This document shows, piece by piece, positions 1 through 814 of a stretch of 814 nucleotides of DNA (positions are counted from its first letter, which is position 1; every line of letters begins with the position of its first letter). Where the stretch lies: sequence record KC755108.1; one strand, given 5' to 3'. Position numbers and translations under genes: made by a program. The DNA is from a phage. The notes under the pieces were generated by a model. That model ran no database searches. It was not told the DNA's origin and was given only the letters and a program-made list of their open reading frames with translations.

Positions 1-25
1 TATATTGTTTAATCTTCTTTATCAT
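1..25 (-). other. Window-start segment where the gp23 translation diverges (probable 1-nt deletion near 23-25, and about 13 nt at 1-13 not recognisable as gp23)
   Basis: The core frame reads ...ALLFQM IKKIKQY. gp23 as I recall it continues LLFQ-IDKEAVEIARQ. The coding strand cag atg ata aag aag matches cag atT gat aaa gaa g (Q I D K E) if one T is restored, but the remaining ...attaaacaatata gives D-stop in that frame and does not resemble the expected continuation. Confidence 0.4.
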
Positions 26-727
26 CTGGAACAGTAAAGCTTTGAAGCTTTCACCAGCCCAACGAGCACCACGGATATCAATCGGGTCCTGGAAGTCAAA
101 CACACCAGCTTTAGCGCCAACGGTGTTGGTCATACCAGATTTACCAACCTGTGCGGAGTAGTTAATCCAATCGATAACTTCGCGGTTGATTTCCAGCATA
201 ATTTCGGTAGCCAGAATACCACTCAATTCGGCATCAGCATCCATACCGTGAACAGCGCGGAGGTCCTGTGCCAGTTCGATGGAGTAGCTTGCTTTCAGCT
301 GACGGGATTTAGCTTCGATAACTTGTTTGTCGATGCGGAAGCCCATTTCGTTCCACGGGTTATCAGAGGAACCGTTAAAACCTTCTTGCAGTTCGGCGAT
401 GGAGGTAGCCATACCTTCAGCGATTTCTGCCAGCTGACCAGCTTCGAGCAGTTTGGTAACTTCAGCGTCAAGTTTAGCAGCATCAGTAGCACCAGCATCA
501 ACGGTTACAGCTTCAACAGCCTGGTAGTGTGCGGAACCGGTTGCTTCGAAGAAGTGAGAATAAATTTTACCAACTTCCAGAACTTTGCTTGCAGCCAGTG
601 CTTCAAAAGTCTGAGCAGCGCCCTGACCAGAGAACATAGCGTTCGGAGCATACATCGGATGGAAAGCTTCTTTAGCACCAGCAGCGACAGGGTCTTTACC
701 GTATACTGCACGCAGTGCAAATACCTG
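2..727 (-). CDS. 23: Major capsid protein, T4-type (gp23 family), internal fragment; open at the window start (no stop codon in window), 5' side interrupted by a frame break at about 727-729
   Basis: Hand translation of the minus strand in the frame whose codons occupy + positions 3k+2..3k+4 gives no stop from 727 down to 2. Read N to C it starts QVFALRAVYGKDPVAAGAKEAFHPMYAPNAMFSGQGAAQTFEALAASKVLEVGKIYSHFFEATGSAHYQAVEAVTVDAGATDAAKLDAEVTKLLEAGQLAEIAEGMATSIAELQEGFNGSSDNPWNEMGFRIDKQVIEAKSRQLKASYSIELAQDLRAVHGMDADAELSGILATEIMLEINREVIDWINYSAQVGKSGMTNTVGAKAGVFDFQDPIDIRGARWAGESFKALLFQM... Long blocks match T4 gp23 as I recall it from memory (not a database search). Codon usage is that of a highly expressed gene (GCT, GGT, CGT, CTG, AAA, GAA preferred). 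Confidence 0.92.
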
Positions 728-729
728 GG
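727..729 (-). other. Apparent single-nucleotide insertion (extra G in a GGG run on +; extra C on the coding strand) breaking the gp23 reading frame
   Basis: The coding strand reads ccg act ggc C cag gta ttt. PTG is in one frame and QVF in the next, with one surplus base between them. Removing one base from the run restores a continuous ...NNPTGQVFALRA... matching gp23. Confidence 0.7.
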
Positions 730-806
730 CCAGTCGGGTTGTTCAGAGGCTGTACGCCACAAATATCAAACGCAATCAGATGCGGGATAGCACGCCGCAC
801 AACCCC
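729..806 (-). CDS. 23: 5'-proximal segment of the same gp23-family capsid gene, in a different reading frame from the core (frame shifted by one nt at about 727-729)
   Basis: Minus-strand codons occupying + positions 3k..3k+2 translate, N to C from 806 down to 729, as GVVRRAIPHLIAFDICGVQPLNNPTG. This matches the gp23 region immediately upstream of QVFALRAVYGKDP (T4, as I recall: MVRRAIPNLIAFDICGVQPMNSPTG). In the core frame the same bases read through to TGA at 743-745. An in-frame TAG at 807-809 ends this segment on its upstream side. Confidence 0.8.
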
Positions 807-809
807 CTA
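803..809 (-). other. Second apparent single-nucleotide insertion with an in-frame TAG (807-809) in the upstream gp23 segment
   Basis: The coding strand reads tg tta tag ggg gtt gtg cgg cgt gct. Deleting the A at +808 gives gtt atg ggg gtt gtg (VMGVV; T4 has VMGMV as I recall). Deleting one G from the 5-nt G run (+803..807) gives gtt ata ggg gtt gtg (VIGVV). Either way one extra base is present. Confidence 0.55.
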
Positions 810-814
810 TAACA

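Noticed and set aside
1-13. Possibility that the unmatched 13 nt at the window start is the edge of an intron or homing-endonuclease insertion in the capsid gene
   Set aside because: Far too little sequence to support this: no intron structural elements or ORF can be assessed in 13 nt. It is kept only as something to test by extending the sequence.
37-51. Direct repeat aagcttt g aagcttt (two HindIII sites 8 bp apart)
   Set aside because: It falls inside the conserved codons gaa agc ttc aaa gct tta (E S F K A L) and is fully explained by the protein sequence and codon preference. There is no evidence of a regulatory or recombination role.
556-568. AT-rich patch gaataaatttt, and tataaca at 808-814, checked as possible T4 late-promoter-like elements (TATAAATA)
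   Set aside because: Neither is an exact match, both lie inside the coding sequence, and there is no intergenic region in the window. Chance occurrence is sufficient.
295-762. Minus-strand ORFs 295..501 (68 aa) and 505..762 (85 aa) from the ORF track
   Set aside because: Both are the gp23 DNA read one nucleotide out of frame, giving Leu/Lys-rich products, and are separated by a TAA at 505-507 that lies across two sense codons of gp23. The conserved capsid protein is in the neighbouring frame, so these are frame shadows and not genes.
248-790. Plus-strand ORF of 180 aa from the ORF track
   Set aside because: It is entirely antisense to the gp23 coding frame. Its translation is Cys/Phe/Ser-rich low complexity with no recognisable motif, and it exists only because the sense strand uses a biased codon set that leaves the antisense frame stop-free. 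I treat it as a shadow ORF.
725-809. Programmed ribosomal frameshifting as an explanation for the frame breaks
   Set aside because: No programmed frameshift is known in gp23-family capsid genes. The two shifts go the same direction and do not restore the frame, there is no slippery heptamer with a downstream structure that I can see, and the sites are plain G/C homopolymers. Insertion (error or mutation) is far more parsimonious.
1-814. Search for a novel defence or accessory system, CRISPR repeats, tRNA or other ncRNA
   Set aside because: The window is fully occupied by one structural gene fragment. I found no repeat-spacer periodicity, no tRNA-like cloverleaf candidates and no additional coding frame with protein-like composition.

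Overview
The whole window is an internal fragment of one gene on the minus strand: a T4-type (Tevenvirinae-like) phage major capsid protein of the gp23 family. It is absent from the supplied ORF track, most likely because the reading frame runs off the window at position 1 without a stop; all three listed ORFs are antisense or out-of-frame shadows of it. The core (+2..727, minus strand) translates without a stop into about 242 aa, containing blocks I recognise as gp23: QVFALRAVYGKDPVAAGAKEAFHPMY, AEIAEGMATSIAELQEGFNGS, DNPWNEMGFRIDKQVIEAKSRQLKA, SIELAQDLRAVHGMDADAELSGILATEIMLEINREV, DWINYSAQVGKSGMT and GVFDFQDPIDIRGARWAGESFKALLFQ. The frame is broken near both window ends. A 1-nt insertion in a G-run at +727..729 shifts the frame, and the upstream gp23 sequence (GVVRRAIPHLIAFDICGVQPLNNPTG) continues in another frame at +729..806. 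A second 1-nt insertion around +803..808 creates an in-frame TAG. At +1..25 the translation departs from gp23 after LLFQ. The central ~700 nt are intact with strongly biased codon usage. This pattern fits low-quality read or contig ends at least as well as a genuinely disrupted gene, and I cannot tell which from sequence alone. I see no RNA gene, CRISPR array, mobile element, intergenic regulatory region or novel system in this window.
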